From positions 33,930-65,929 of the forward strand of contig CAZECW010000193.1 of the NCBI GenBank assembly GCA_964510585.1: a stretch of DNA of 32,000 nt. The letters run 5' to 3'. Shown one piece after another: positions 10,011 through 19,426 of this stretch. Every line of letters begins with the position of its first letter. Within the stretch, counting starts at the first letter, position 1. Source of the DNA: an uncultured archaeon (GTDB lineage: Archaea; Asgardarchaeota; Jordiarchaeia; Jordiarchaeales; Jordiarchaeaceae). Below the pieces are notes generated by a model that was not told the DNA's origin, ran no database searches, and saw only the letters and a list, made by a program, of their open reading frames with translations. The position numbers and the translations under genes were made by a program.

Positions 10011-10562
10011 TTATTTTTTCAGGAGTTCTTTCCTCCTTTCTTCTAGTTTCAGGAGTTCTTTCCTCCTTTCTTCTAGAAGTTGAAGGATTTTGTCTCTGTC
10101 TTTGGGAAATGTTTTGTAAGGTATGAACCATATTAGAAAGCAGATTGTCCATGGAATTACTGTTGTCCAAAGCATAGCTGTTGTCAGTGATTGTCCAGAA
10201 AGCGTGAATAATACAAGCAGGAAAGGTAGCGGGAGGATACCAAGCCAGTAACCCATGTAAGGCGTTATGGTCTGCATTGTTAAGCCGGCTATTCCCCCGT
10301 TGAGAGTATCTGCAAGCCATCCTACAAACACAGCTGCGACAGCTGCAAATCCCCCCTCAAACATTTGTTCTATGGAGAAGGCGGTGCTTCTTATTTCTGG
10401 TTTGGTTACCATAGCAACCAAGGGTTGAACTGCGGCAGGGCCAGACCAACTACTCAGAATCGCTGCGATGAAGGCCAAAATTGTGTATTCTGTTATTGAC
10501 AGGGGCAAAACTAGAATCAAGAATATTAAAGGAATACCGGAGAAAACAGAAATCTGAGTTAC
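10011..10562 (-). pseudogene. C-terminal fragment of an MFS transporter, truncated at the mini-IS left end
   Basis: Several TM helices and MVTKPEIRSTAFSIEQMFEGG (MFS motif). The frame continues up to VTQISVFSGIP at 10562, where the IS end begins. The far side of the element has a stop in that frame and no MFS-like sequence. Confidence 0.8.
10017..10076. repeat. Perfect 30-bp tandem duplication (x2)
   Basis: TTTCAGGAGTTCTTTCCTCCTTTCTTCTAG at 10017-10046 and 10047-10076; encodes LEERRKELLK twice. Confidence 0.95.
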
Positions 10563-10838
10563 AAAACCTTGGTGAGAAAGCCCCCGACTTCAAGTCGTGG
10601 GGATGAATCGCCAGAAAGTTTATTTGAAAGTAGGGTATATAAATAGTTGTTGGTAGCTGAAGGGTTTGGCTTGGGCTTAAGAGGCTAAACAAGATGCAGC
10701 CCCCATGAGGGTGCCAACATAGACGCCGTTCCCCTGAGGGAAGGGCGTGTTAACTGGGTGATGGCACACCCATTGCTTCGAAGGCTCCCGATGAGCCAGA
10801 AGCAAGAATCTCCCGACTTTAGTCACGGAGAGTGTCAA
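10563..10838 (+). mobile_element. Non-autonomous IS200/IS605 (IS608-like) mini-element, 276 bp, with no tnpA or tnpB ORF
   Basis: Left: TTAC target (10559-10562), AAAG guide (10577-10580), hairpin CCCCCGACTTCAAGTCGTGGGG. Right: GAAT guide (10806-10809), hairpin CTCCCGACTTTAGTCACGGAG, terminal TCAA (10835-10838). All four tetranucleotides match the IS608 scheme. Confidence 0.88.
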
Positions 10839-10871
10839 TTTTTGCATCGCCTGAAATAGTTATATGTCGGA

Positions 10872-12076
10872 GGCCTGTACCCTACCACTACGCTTTCAGG
10901 CTACTCAATGTACAGAGTTTTACCCTCTACAGCTTTGGGAACACTCCCTATGCTCTTGATTTCGGCGCCCATTCCACTAGTGGACGAAATCTGCACCAAC
11001 GTCAAAAGCGTAGTTCTTCGAGCGGCGATTAGTGAAGAGCAGAAGGGTACAGCACAAACAGCCACTTGCCGGAGAGGAAGAGACCTCGGTCAGCGACGAG
11101 GACCGAGGCTCATTGTGGAACCGCGTGATCAGGGAAACAAGAAGTCAGCACCTCAGAGGGCACTATCTCCTCGCCGACAAAATCGCCACAATCCTGGGAC
11201 TCCATAGAGGCCTTTAAAAAGAGGAGTAGAAACACTGCTATAAAACCCCTTGAGAAGCTTGCTGCGATGCTCATTGTGAAGGAGACGGCGAACCTGAGCT
11301 TCGAGAAGCTTCACATGGAGGCGAGAGCCACAAAGCTACGATGCCCAAAACAGACCAGGCGGAGGAAAAGGATTACAAAGGCCACGGAGTCTCCTGCCAG
11401 TACCAACAGAACTGGGCAAAGACCAAAATCCCAGAGGAGTGCCTCCAAAAGACCCTTATGCTTCTAGATCAGATGGTTGCCCAGATGTACGCGGAGCGCT
11501 CTTAGGAGATGAAAATCTTGAAGAATACAGCATGTCCTCAAAAATGGTACACCTGCATCCTCCTTAGAGAAGTCCGGGTTGCCATGAGGATTATTCTTCG
11601 ACACCAAATAGTCAGATACAATATTTTGACTAGGCTAGCAACGAACACTGTAGGGACTATAGACGCCCCACTGCTGAAGAATACGAGGGGTGCAAGAACC
11701 CTTCTGGAACAGGTACCACCAGGCTCAACCGTCTATATGGACTGTGAGTAAGGTGTCGAGTACAAATATCTGCATTCTCACAGGGGAGAGTACTCCTCAT
11801 TTTGTGTCTTAAAGCAGTACCGGGAATGCCCTATAAGGGATACTCCGTTGCCAAGCTCAGAAGAACTTTGACTGGGAGAGATACCGCCGCTGTGAGCTTG
11901 CTTGGGAGACCCATGGGAGATAGGTGTGGCGAGGGACGGTGGCACGCTGAAGTACCGGAGGCTAGACAAGGTATGAAGTTGTCTTACTCTCAGGTACATA
12001 GCTCACAATGTTAATGTGTGGTTCACGCAACGAGCAATACTCTTCAGCAGATACAAACTTGGTAGGTGTACAGGAC
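10872..12076 (+). mobile_element. Degenerate IS5-like (DDE_Tnp_1) insertion sequence remnant
   Basis: Imperfect terminal inverted repeats CCTGTAC-CCTACCA (10874-10887) and TGGTAGGTGTACAGG (12060-12074). Transposase-like fragments occur in shifting frames: LIVKETANLSFEKL, LLEQVPPGSTVYMD, FDWERYRR, YEVVL, YIAHNV. Many stops; no target duplication seen. Confidence 0.5.
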
Positions 12077-12410
12077 AGTACGTATAGGAGCCCAGAGCAG
12101 TTGTCACTGTCTGACCGCTCGGCTCAGTCGTCACGACAGCATAGCATCCGAATGGGAAGTGAATGAGGGGAAACAGAAACACTGTATGGGCTCAAGCAAA
12201 ACTAATAAGCGTATAAGTACATCAATCTTTTTACATGTTTTCACGGAAGAAAAAAAGACAAAAATATCTTCCTCTTTGGGAAAAGGTAGGCAGAAAAGCT
12301 AGATCTACTTCCTGAGCTGGACAACAAAATACTGCAACTAACTCCAAAAAACCAAAAAGGAAACAAACAACCAACAAACAAAAAATAAATTAAAAATTAG
12401 GGAAGGAGAC

Positions 12411-12800
12411 TCACTCAGTCTCCATGTCAACGATCCATTCCATAGCCTTCCGATCCGAAGTAGCCAGCTCATACTCTGTAGTCATCGTAAGGGCATCTCT
12501 AGGGCAGCTCTCGACACACTGTTCGCAAAACAAGCAGCGACCTAGGTCTACTCGTGGTAGTTTGCCCGCCTTATTCTTCAATTCTTCTGGATACTCTTTT
12601 GGCCAGTCTATCATTTCGATGGCTGCGGATGGACAGTCCTTAGCGCATGTGCCACAACCGACGCATCTTTTGAGGTATAATATGTGTCTTCCTCTGAGGC
12701 GTTCGAATGGTGGTAGTTTCTCGAATGGGTAGAATATTGTGAATGGTTTTTTTGGAAGGTTTTTTAGTAGTTCGGGTTCCATTGCTCCTGGTATGGGCAT
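12411..12800 (-). CDS. nuoI: NuoI-like 2x[4Fe-4S] subunit of the group 4 hydrogenase complex
   Basis: CVGCGTCAKDCP and CLFCEQCVESCP; PFTIFYPFEK and RLRGRH. Confidence 0.92.
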   Translation of the reverse strand: MPIPGAMEPELLKNLPKKPFTIFYPFEKLPPFERLRGRHILYLKRCVGCGTCAKDCPSAAIEMIDWPKEYPEELKNKAGKLPRVDLGRCLFCEQCVESCPRDALTMTTEYELATSDRKAMEWIVDMETE

Positions 12801-12813
12801 TTTTTCACGCTCC

Positions 12814-14073
12814 TTATATGAGTAGTGTTATCCATATTAGTAGGTTGTAGGTTGCTTGCCACTTGAATAGGTCGAAGTAGAATACAAGTTGAAGTATGAG
12901 TATGTTTAGGAATGCTAGTGGAATCAGATATTTCCAAGAGCCTCGGACTACTTGGTCTATTCTGAATCTTGCGAAGAGTGTTCTTAGGTTGGCTATTAAG
13001 AATATGATTGCGAATACTTTTATTAGGAACCATATGGTGCCGATTATGTATCCCAGTGGGAAGGCTCCCATTATTCTTTCTATTGTGGTTAGTCCTATTT
13101 CGCTTCCCGGGCCCCAGGGGCCTCCTAGGAATAGGGCTGCTGCTAGTCCCGCTGCCCATAGGTATTCGAGGTCGTTGGCTAGTCGGAATAGGGCTAGTTT
13201 TCTGCCTGATATTTCGGTTTGCCACCCCGCTACTATTTCTGTGTGTGCTTCTGGAATGTCGAAGGGTACTTTTTCAAGTTCTGCCATTTGGGAGATTATG
13301 AGTACTGCGAATGATATTGGTGCTACCAGTATGAAGGGTATGCCTATGGTTTGTTGGGCTTGGGTTATGTTTGCTATAGTTAGGACTGAGAATATTGTGG
13401 GTGTAGTTATAGGGGCTATTCCGAGGACTGTGTTTAGGAGGTTGTTGACTTGTACTGGTACTGAGTAGTAGTAGGCCACGATTATTGCTGGTGTTAGAGT
13501 TGATAGTACTAGTGGGATTTCGTAGGCGATGAGTTGCATTCCTGCTCTGGCTGTTCCTACTTCACTGAATCTGTCGATTGAGAACCAGCCGGTTAATATG
13601 ATTGCTAGGACGTAGATTGTGGAGAGGAATAGTAGTACTATGAGGTCTCCTTCAAAGCTTATGATGCCTGCGCTTCTGTAAACGGGGATGAACATGAGCA
13701 TTACCAGTGATAACGTTAGGGCAAAGATTGGTGTTGCCGCAAGGCTGCGGGCTTCTGCGCCTTTGTGCACTATATCTTCTTTGGCTAGAAGTTTTATTAT
13801 GTCCGCTAATGGCTGCAGAATCCCGTGGTACCCGGTGTGGAATGGTCCTACCCGGTTTTGTAATCTGGCGTATATTTTTCGGTCGTACCATTCTGCAAAG
13901 AGTGAGACGACGCTTACGAATAGTATGCCTGGGAATATGAGTATTTTGAATAGGTCCAGTGGAAGGTTTACTTGTTGCTGGAGTAAGTATTGGATCAGTG
14001 TGATGAGGTTGCTATATTGTGGGAATAGGTATAGTATTATGTACCAGAATAGGTCAACTGCCATTTTTACCAC
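12814..14073 (-). CDS. nuoH: NuoH-like membrane subunit
   Basis: RKIYARLQNRVGP, GILQPLADIIKLLAKE, AYEIPL, PFDIPEAHTEIVAG, RFRIDQ. Confidence 0.93.
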   Translation of the reverse strand: MVKMAVDLFWYIILYLFPQYSNLITLIQYLLQQQVNLPLDLFKILIFPGILFVSVVSLFAEWYDRKIYARLQNRVGPFHTGYHGILQPLADIIKLLAKEDIVHKGAEARSLAATPIFALTLSLVMLMFIPVYRSAGIISFEGDLIVLLFLSTIYVLAIILTGWFSIDRFSEVGTARAGMQLIAYEIPLVLSTLTPAIIVAYYYSVPVQVNNLLNTVLGIAPITTPTIFSVLTIANITQAQQTIGIPFILVAPISFAVLIISQMAELEKVPFDIPEAHTEIVAGWQTEISGRKLALFRLANDLEYLWAAGLAAALFLGGPWGPGSEIGLTTIERIMGAFPLGYIIGTIWFLIKVFAIIFLIANLRTLFARFRIDQVVRGSWKYLIPLAFLNILILQLVFYFDLFKWQATYNLLIWITLLI

Positions 14074-14085
14074 CCTTTACTCTTT

Positions 14086-15264
14086 TTACCTCCCGTTCTT
14101 TTTGTAGAATTCGATGCCGTATCTTCGTAGGCTTTCTAAGTCCATTGTCCACGTTTTTTCTTTTTCGGTGTTTACGAATGTGATTCTGTCGGTGCAGCTA
14201 AGGCAGGGGTCTATTGATGCGATGGTTATTGGTACGTCTGCGATGTAGCCTCCCTTGAGCATATATTCTACTGAGGGCCAGTTTGCGAGTGTGGGTGTTC
14301 GGATTTTTACTCTTTCAGGTTTGTCGGATCCGTTGCTTTTGATGTAATGTATGAGTTCACCTCTGGGTGCTTCGTATCTGCTTAGTACTTCTCCTTCGGG
14401 TACGCGTCTTTTGAGTTTGAGTCTTATTTCGTCTTTGGGGAGATGGTCTAGTAGCCATTGTATCATGTTGCAGGATTGAACCATTTCTAGGATGCGTACT
14501 GCCACTCTTCCGAATACGTCGCAGGTGTCCCAGGTGACTACGTCGAAGGGTACTTCGTCGTAGGCTGCGTTGGGGTCGTCTTTGCGGCAGTCCATGTTGA
14601 TTCCTGAGGCTCTCAGGGTTGGTCCGACGGCTCCTAGTTTGCGGGCGATGTCTGGTGGGAGCACTCCTATACCTTGGGTTCTTTTTAGGACGGTAGGTTC
14701 ATTTATGCATAGTTTGAGGTAGTAGTTTAATCTTTCTCTAAAAATGTCCATTCCCTTTTTTATTTTTGGGATGTTTTCTTTGCTTATGTCTCTTCGGACT
14801 CCGCCTATGGTGTTCATTGCGTAGTTTACTCTGTTTCCGGAAATCATTTCGAGGAAGTCCATGACTAGTTCTCGGTCCCTCCAGGTGTAGTGGAGTAGGG
14901 TGTCGAATCCAATTTCGTGTCCTGCCACTCCGAGCCACAGCATGTGGGAGTGGAGTCTCTCCAACTCGCATACGATGGTTCTTATGTAGAGTCCTCTTCG
15001 GGGGACTTCTTCGTCAAGTAGTTCTTCAACTCCTTGGACAAATGTAGTTGTGTGTGAGTGGGAGCAGATTCCACATACTCTTTCTAGTAGGTATATGTCT
15101 CGGACGTATGTTCTTAGTTCGGCTGCTTTTTCTATTCCTCGATGGTTGTATCCTATTCTAACCTTTGCGTCAACAACTTGTTCTCCATCAACTTCAACTG
15201 TGAAATTTACTGGTTCTTTTAATGCGGGGTGTTGGGGTCCTATTGGTATTTTTACAGTCGACAT
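14086..15264 (-). CDS. Group 4 [NiFe] hydrogenase large subunit (NuoD-like)
   Basis: IPIGPQHP, GYNHRGIEK, L1 ERVCGICSHSH and L2 DPCLSCTDR. All four Ni-binding Cys are present. Confidence 0.92.
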   Translation of the reverse strand: MSTVKIPIGPQHPALKEPVNFTVEVDGEQVVDAKVRIGYNHRGIEKAAELRTYVRDIYLLERVCGICSHSHTTTFVQGVEELLDEEVPRRGLYIRTIVCELERLHSHMLWLGVAGHEIGFDTLLHYTWRDRELVMDFLEMISGNRVNYAMNTIGGVRRDISKENIPKIKKGMDIFRERLNYYLKLCINEPTVLKRTQGIGVLPPDIARKLGAVGPTLRASGINMDCRKDDPNAAYDEVPFDVVTWDTCDVFGRVAVRILEMVQSCNMIQWLLDHLPKDEIRLKLKRRVPEGEVLSRYEAPRGELIHYIKSNGSDKPERVKIRTPTLANWPSVEYMLKGGYIADVPITIASIDPCLSCTDRITFVNTEKEKTWTMDLESLRRYGIEFYKKNGR

Positions 15265-15266
15265 TT

Positions 15267-15773
15267 TTACTCAACTCCTTCTGGTAGCCAATCTTTTCGG
15301 AGAGGATATACCCCCTCGGGCCAATCGTCTGGCAGTATTAAACGCTTCAGGTTGGGATGGTTCTCAAAAACTATTCCAAGAAGGTCGTGCGCTTCCCTCT
15401 CATAAAAATTGGCTGACGGTAATATATCAACTATAGTTTCAATCTTAGGGTTATTCTTAGGAATCTCTGTTTTAATGTTGGGATATGTGCGGTAACCCTG
15501 ATACTTATAGAGGTGATAAACGATTTCGAAGGTTTCGCCCTTGTCAACTCCAGATATGGTGGTTACATGTTGTACGTCCCAGTTATCCTTCATCCATTGG
15601 ATAACTTTGCGGTGGTCTCCCGGCTTTACTTTGATAAATATTCTTTTTGCCCTGGGAATCCACACTTCAACGGCTGCTCCAAACGCCTTCTCTATTTCTG
15701 CTTTTAGTTTTTCGTCCTCCTTTGAGGATGGCTTGGGTTTGGGCTTTGCTTTCTCAGCTTCTGGTTCTGACAT
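15267..15773 (-). CDS. nuoC: NuoC-like subunit
   Basis: TTISGVD, SANFYEREAHDLLGIVFENHPNLKRLILPDDWP, YPLRKD. Confidence 0.92.
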   Translation of the reverse strand: MSEPEAEKAKPKPKPSSKEDEKLKAEIEKAFGAAVEVWIPRAKRIFIKVKPGDHRKVIQWMKDNWDVQHVTTISGVDKGETFEIVYHLYKYQGYRTYPNIKTEIPKNNPKIETIVDILPSANFYEREAHDLLGIVFENHPNLKRLILPDDWPEGVYPLRKDWLPEGVE

Positions 15774-15777
15774 TGCA

Positions 15778-16212
15778 TTATCCTCCTTGCAATTTTCCTA
15801 TGAGTTTTGCGACGGCGTCGATTATGGCTTCTGGTTTGGGTGGACATCCGGGCACGTACATGTCAACTGGAATTATCCTGTCGTATCCTCCCTCGATGTT
15901 ATAACATCCTTTAAAGACGCCTCCAGAGATGGCGCAGTTTCCAACTGCAATCACAAATTTTGGTTCTGGCATCTGTTCGTATAGGCGTTTAAATCTGGGT
16001 GTCATCTGTTTGGTTATGGAGCCTGTACCAATCATGACGTCTGCGTGTCTCGGAGAACCTACCAGTATTATGCCGAAGCGTTCAATGTCATATCTGGGCA
16101 TTAGGGCGGCGATAACTTCTATGTCACAGGCGTTACATGCTCCTGTGTTCATGTGAAAAACCCAGGGAGATTTTACTCTCGCCCAAGTTACAAGCTTATC
16201 CTTAAGTCCCAA
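15778..16212 (-). CDS. nuoB: Group 4 hydrogenase small subunit (NuoB-like)
   Basis: TGACNACDIE (CxxC, hydrogenase-type rather than the tandem CC of NuoB), SPRHAD, GNCAISGG, VPGCPPKPE. Confidence 0.92.
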   Translation of the reverse strand: MGLKDKLVTWARVKSPWVFHMNTGACNACDIEVIAALMPRYDIERFGIILVGSPRHADVMIGTGSITKQMTPRFKRLYEQMPEPKFVIAVGNCAISGGVFKGCYNIEGGYDRIIPVDMYVPGCPPKPEAIIDAVAKLIGKLQGG

Positions 16213-16229
16213 ATTTACACCACCTTCTC

Positions 16230-16547
16230 CTATCTCCTGTATAAGACTAACACTGCGGCTATCGTTGCAAATATTACGAATATTCCACCGTAGAGTGGAT
16301 TTGCAAAGGCAGAGGTGAATATTATGAAGCCTGCTGTTTCAAGTATTGTGAAGAAAACAGCGTAGTAGAACAGTTGCAGTCTGAACTGGAATTTCTCGGC
16401 GGGATAGTTTTCTCCACAGGCGTATACCATGAGTTTTTCTTTGCTCTTCTTTCCTTTTGGCGCTAGGAACTTTGCAGAAACATATAATCCGCAGGCGCTG
16501 AGTAGGCTGATTAACAGTGCTAGTCCAAAAGTTAGTATTCCTGCCAA
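16230..16547 (-). CDS. nuoA: NuoA-like membrane subunit
   Basis: Three TM helices, YACGE loop, YYAVFFTILET. Confidence 0.88.
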   Translation of the reverse strand: MAGILTFGLALLISLLSACGLYVSAKFLAPKGKKSKEKLMVYACGENYPAEKFQFRLQLFYYAVFFTILETAGFIIFTSAFANPLYGGIFVIFATIAAVLVLYRR

Positions 16548-17225
16548 AGTGCTTTTGCACCTCCAACTCTGAGAATAATAGCGTTTAGATACATTCTCCT
16601 ATTTAAGGTTTCACAATAACAGAGATTTGTATCGAATTAAAAGTTTTTCCATTGACGATTTTCCTATTTTTCCTCAGATTCTATTCCCCAAACCAACAAC
16701 ACTGCCCAGTATTGTGGACAAATTTGGTAACTTCCAAAAGCTACATTCACAACAACACTAGGAACACATGGCTCTCTGTTTACTCTATTTAAAATCATAC
16801 TTGTATTCATATAGCCCACATTCCGCATCCTTTGTGATTTTTTGGTATTTTTTGTTTTTACCAGTTTCTGCTCACGTTTCTTGCGTGGATTTGGAGGTTT
16901 CCAAAAATTTTTTGATAAAGTCCAGCATTCCTCCTATAAGACTTATTCTGCAAAAATAGAAAAATAAACCGAGGGTGCGGAAAGTGGGATATAAACTTAA
17001 ATAGTTAAACTCACATGAAAAATTGGACTTCAGGTTTCTACGCACACCTCGGTAAATCCCCAAGAAGGGTGGAGGGCTTCTCGTAAAGTAGCTATATAAA
17101 GACTCAAGGGGGATGGTCTGGGCTTCACAGCCTCTCCCATAAATAATCTATTGTTTCGTTTGATTCTCAAGCACATTTTACACAACGGTTTCCACAGTTT
17201 GGGCTCGTTTTTGTAAAATTTCTTG

Positions 17226-17321
17226 TCCTTTTCCGGCTCTAAACAGGCATTTTTACACCTCTAAAAAGCCGATTTGCGCCCTTGAAACTTTTTGAAATTT
17301 GTCCACAGTAGAATGAGCTGG
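17226..17321 (+). repeat. Dispersed intergenic repeat, copy 1
   Basis: Shares exact blocks TCCTTTTCCGG, AAACAGGCATTTTT and AAAAGCCGATTTGCG at identical spacing with 20644-20705; weaker similarity continues to about 17321. Confidence 0.8.
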
Positions 17322-17552
17322 GTTAAAAATGGCAATCTGTAAGAGGGGGTTTAGGACAATTTATATCTCCTTTCTCACAATTTTAAAAGGGACAAAAAAA
17401 GGGCTCCTGCCAGGAAGTTTAACAAAAAGTTATTTATCTTCTAATGACACGAAGAAAAGTTTAGTTTCAAAAATTGAAATCATATACTGCTAACCAAAAC
17501 TGTTAATAAAATGGTTAGACTATGCTATACTATATTTAGTGAGGTGTGAAAT

Positions 17553-17999
17553 ATGGAAGTAACGTTTGATTTGGAAGGTGAGAAGGTAACTGTTAAACTT
17601 CCCGAAGACCTATATTACCACAATGATCACTGTTGGGTCAAGGTGGAGAATGAAAAAGCCAGAATTGGATTCGACGACTTCGGACAGGCAACTGCGGGAA
17701 AAATCCTATTTGTGAGGCTCAAACCCGAGGGAAAAACCATAGAGTTTGATAAAAGTTTTGGCTCCATAGAAACAGGAAAGTGGGTGGGTCCACTTAAGGC
17801 TCCCATTAGCGGCACCATATTGGAGGTCAACCCCGAACTTAAAAAGAAACCCACCATCATCAATGAGGATCCTTACGGAAAAGGATGGCTACTAGTCGTT
17901 AAACCGACAGATAACCTGAAGGCGGAATTATCTAAACTCGTCACTGGAAGTGCAATAAAGGACTGGATAAATAAAGAGATAAAAGAGCGTCTAAAATAA
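17553..17999 (+). CDS. gcvH: Glycine cleavage H-like lipoate-binding protein
   Basis: LYYHNDHCWV, RIGFDDFGQ, lipoyl-Lys motif SIETGKWVGPLKAPISG, INEDPYGKGWL; RBS GAGGTG. Confidence 0.92.
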   Translation: MEVTFDLEGEKVTVKLPEDLYYHNDHCWVKVENEKARIGFDDFGQATAGKILFVRLKPEGKTIEFDKSFGSIETGKWVGPLKAPISGTILEVNPELKKKPTIINEDPYGKGWLLVVKPTDNLKAELSKLVTGSAIKDWINKEIKERLK

Positions 18000-18040
18000 A
18001 TAGAAAATCTGATCTTCCTTTTTTAGTCCCCAGGGGGTGC

Positions 18041-19135
18041 TTGAACTTGGAGGAGTGGAGGCTTTTAGACTTAGGTGCTCTACCTCCAATTGACACTCAA
18101 ATTATTTACGAGGCAGTAGCGGTAGCCAGAAGCAAGGCTTTAGTTCCTGACACTCTGATACTCTGCTATCCCAAAAGTCCACTGGTCTGCATTGGATACC
18201 ACCAAGAGCTGGAAAAAGAAGTAGATCATGCCTATTGCAAGTCTCAAGGAATACCCGTAGTTCGAAGAATCCTGGGGGGAGGAGCAGTTTACTTAGACCA
18301 AGGACAGCTCTTCTACCAGGTGATTGTGGATAAAAAAAGCCCCAAAGTTCCGGTTTCCATAAAGGACTTTTTCAGGAAGCTTTTGGAGGCGCCCACAAAA
18401 ACCTATCAGGATTTAGGCATACCTGCCCAGTACAAGCCCATAAACGACATTGAGGTAAATGGCAGAAAAATCAGTGGAAACGGGGCTGGAACAGTGGATA
18501 ATGTTGTGAACATTTTGACTGGAAACATCATTATGGACTTTAACTATGAAATGATGGTGAAGGTTCTAAAGGTTCCCAGCGAAAAGTTCCGAGACAAGGT
18601 GGCCAAAAGCCTTGAGGAGAGAATGACCACCATAAAGAGAGAACTTGGACACATAGTCCCCCTAGAAAAAATAAAATCCCTACTCATAAAAAACTATGAA
18701 GAAACCCTAAACATAAAATTTAGAAGGGGAGCATTAACCAGCAACGAGCAGGAAATCATGAGGGATCTTAGGAAGAAATATGAATCCCAGGAATGGCTGA
18801 ACCTCTCATATATGCGGCACCCCGACTTGGTTAGGCGGGTCAAAATTTCGGGTGCCACCTCTGTTTCTGAGTCTGCCTATAAAGCTCCTGGAGGACTAAT
18901 AAGAGTCACCATGATAATCGAGGAAAACCGCATAAAGGAAATAATGTTTAGCGGAGACTTCTGGATATACCCTCAAGACAAGCTAGCTGAATTAGAGAAA
19001 AGCCTCACCATGGCCCCAACCAACAGGGAGGAAATAACCAAAATAATTCGCTCCTTCTATGAAAAAGAAGGAATAGAAACCCCAGGAGTAACCCCAGAAG
19101 ACTTCGCAACAGTAATAAACCAAGCACTAGAATAA
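18041..19135 (+). CDS. lplA: Lipoate-protein ligase A with fused C-terminal domain, paralog 2
   Basis: VCIGYHQ, RRILGGGAVYLD, PINDIEVNGRKISGNG, YKAPGGLIRV, FSGDFW. Confidence 0.92.
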   Translation: MNLEEWRLLDLGALPPIDTQIIYEAVAVARSKALVPDTLILCYPKSPLVCIGYHQELEKEVDHAYCKSQGIPVVRRILGGGAVYLDQGQLFYQVIVDKKSPKVPVSIKDFFRKLLEAPTKTYQDLGIPAQYKPINDIEVNGRKISGNGAGTVDNVVNILTGNIIMDFNYEMMVKVLKVPSEKFRDKVAKSLEERMTTIKRELGHIVPLEKIKSLLIKNYEETLNIKFRRGALTSNEQEIMRDLRKKYESQEWLNLSYMRHPDLVRRVKISGATSVSESAYKAPGGLIRVTMIIEENRIKEIMFSGDFWIYPQDKLAELEKSLTMAPTNREEITKIIRSFYEKEGIETPGVTPEDFATVINQALE

Positions 19136-19384
19136 ACATCTCCTGCCAAAACGTCTAAAACCTATCCTACAAATACGGTCGCCCTTTCTCTATTATGCCA
19201 AACTAGATTAGGATTTCTGTTTCCAAGATAAAAACTGGCAAAAGCTACCTTCCCTTAAAAAAAGGCGAGAGGAAGGAAGCAATAGGAGCAATGAAGCCAA
19301 ACCAAAGCTAAGCGCTCCCACGTTTTTCCAAAATTGTTTTTTGCTTTTCAATATTTTTTTAAGTTTTGATGACACTTGCTTAAC

Positions 19385-19405
19385 TAGCGTAGTTTAATTA
19401 CGCTA
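19385..19405 (+). promoter_or_regulatory. Inverted repeat (operator or 5'-UTR hairpin) just upstream of the selD RBS
   Basis: TAGCGTA-GTTTAAT-TACGCTA, ending 7 nt before GGAGGTG (19413-19419). Confidence 0.45.
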
Positions 19406-19426
19406 AAATAATGGAGGTGTAAAGGC

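Noticed and set aside
9684-10320. Short ORFs between coxD and the MFS fragment
   Set aside because: No recognisable domain, and they overlap the MFS in other frames. Possibly decayed sequence, but unsupported.
11509-11800. IS1595-type assignment for the transposase fragments
   Set aside because: GSTVYMD fits either family, but the surrounding fragments (NLSFEKL, FDWERYRR, IAHNV) and the ~1.2-kb span fit IS5/DDE_Tnp_1 better. The call remains tentative.
14086-15264. Calling the complex NADH dehydrogenase, Fpo or Mbx
   Set aside because: All four Ni-ligating Cys are present and the small subunit has CxxC; no NuoEFG or FpoF in the window.
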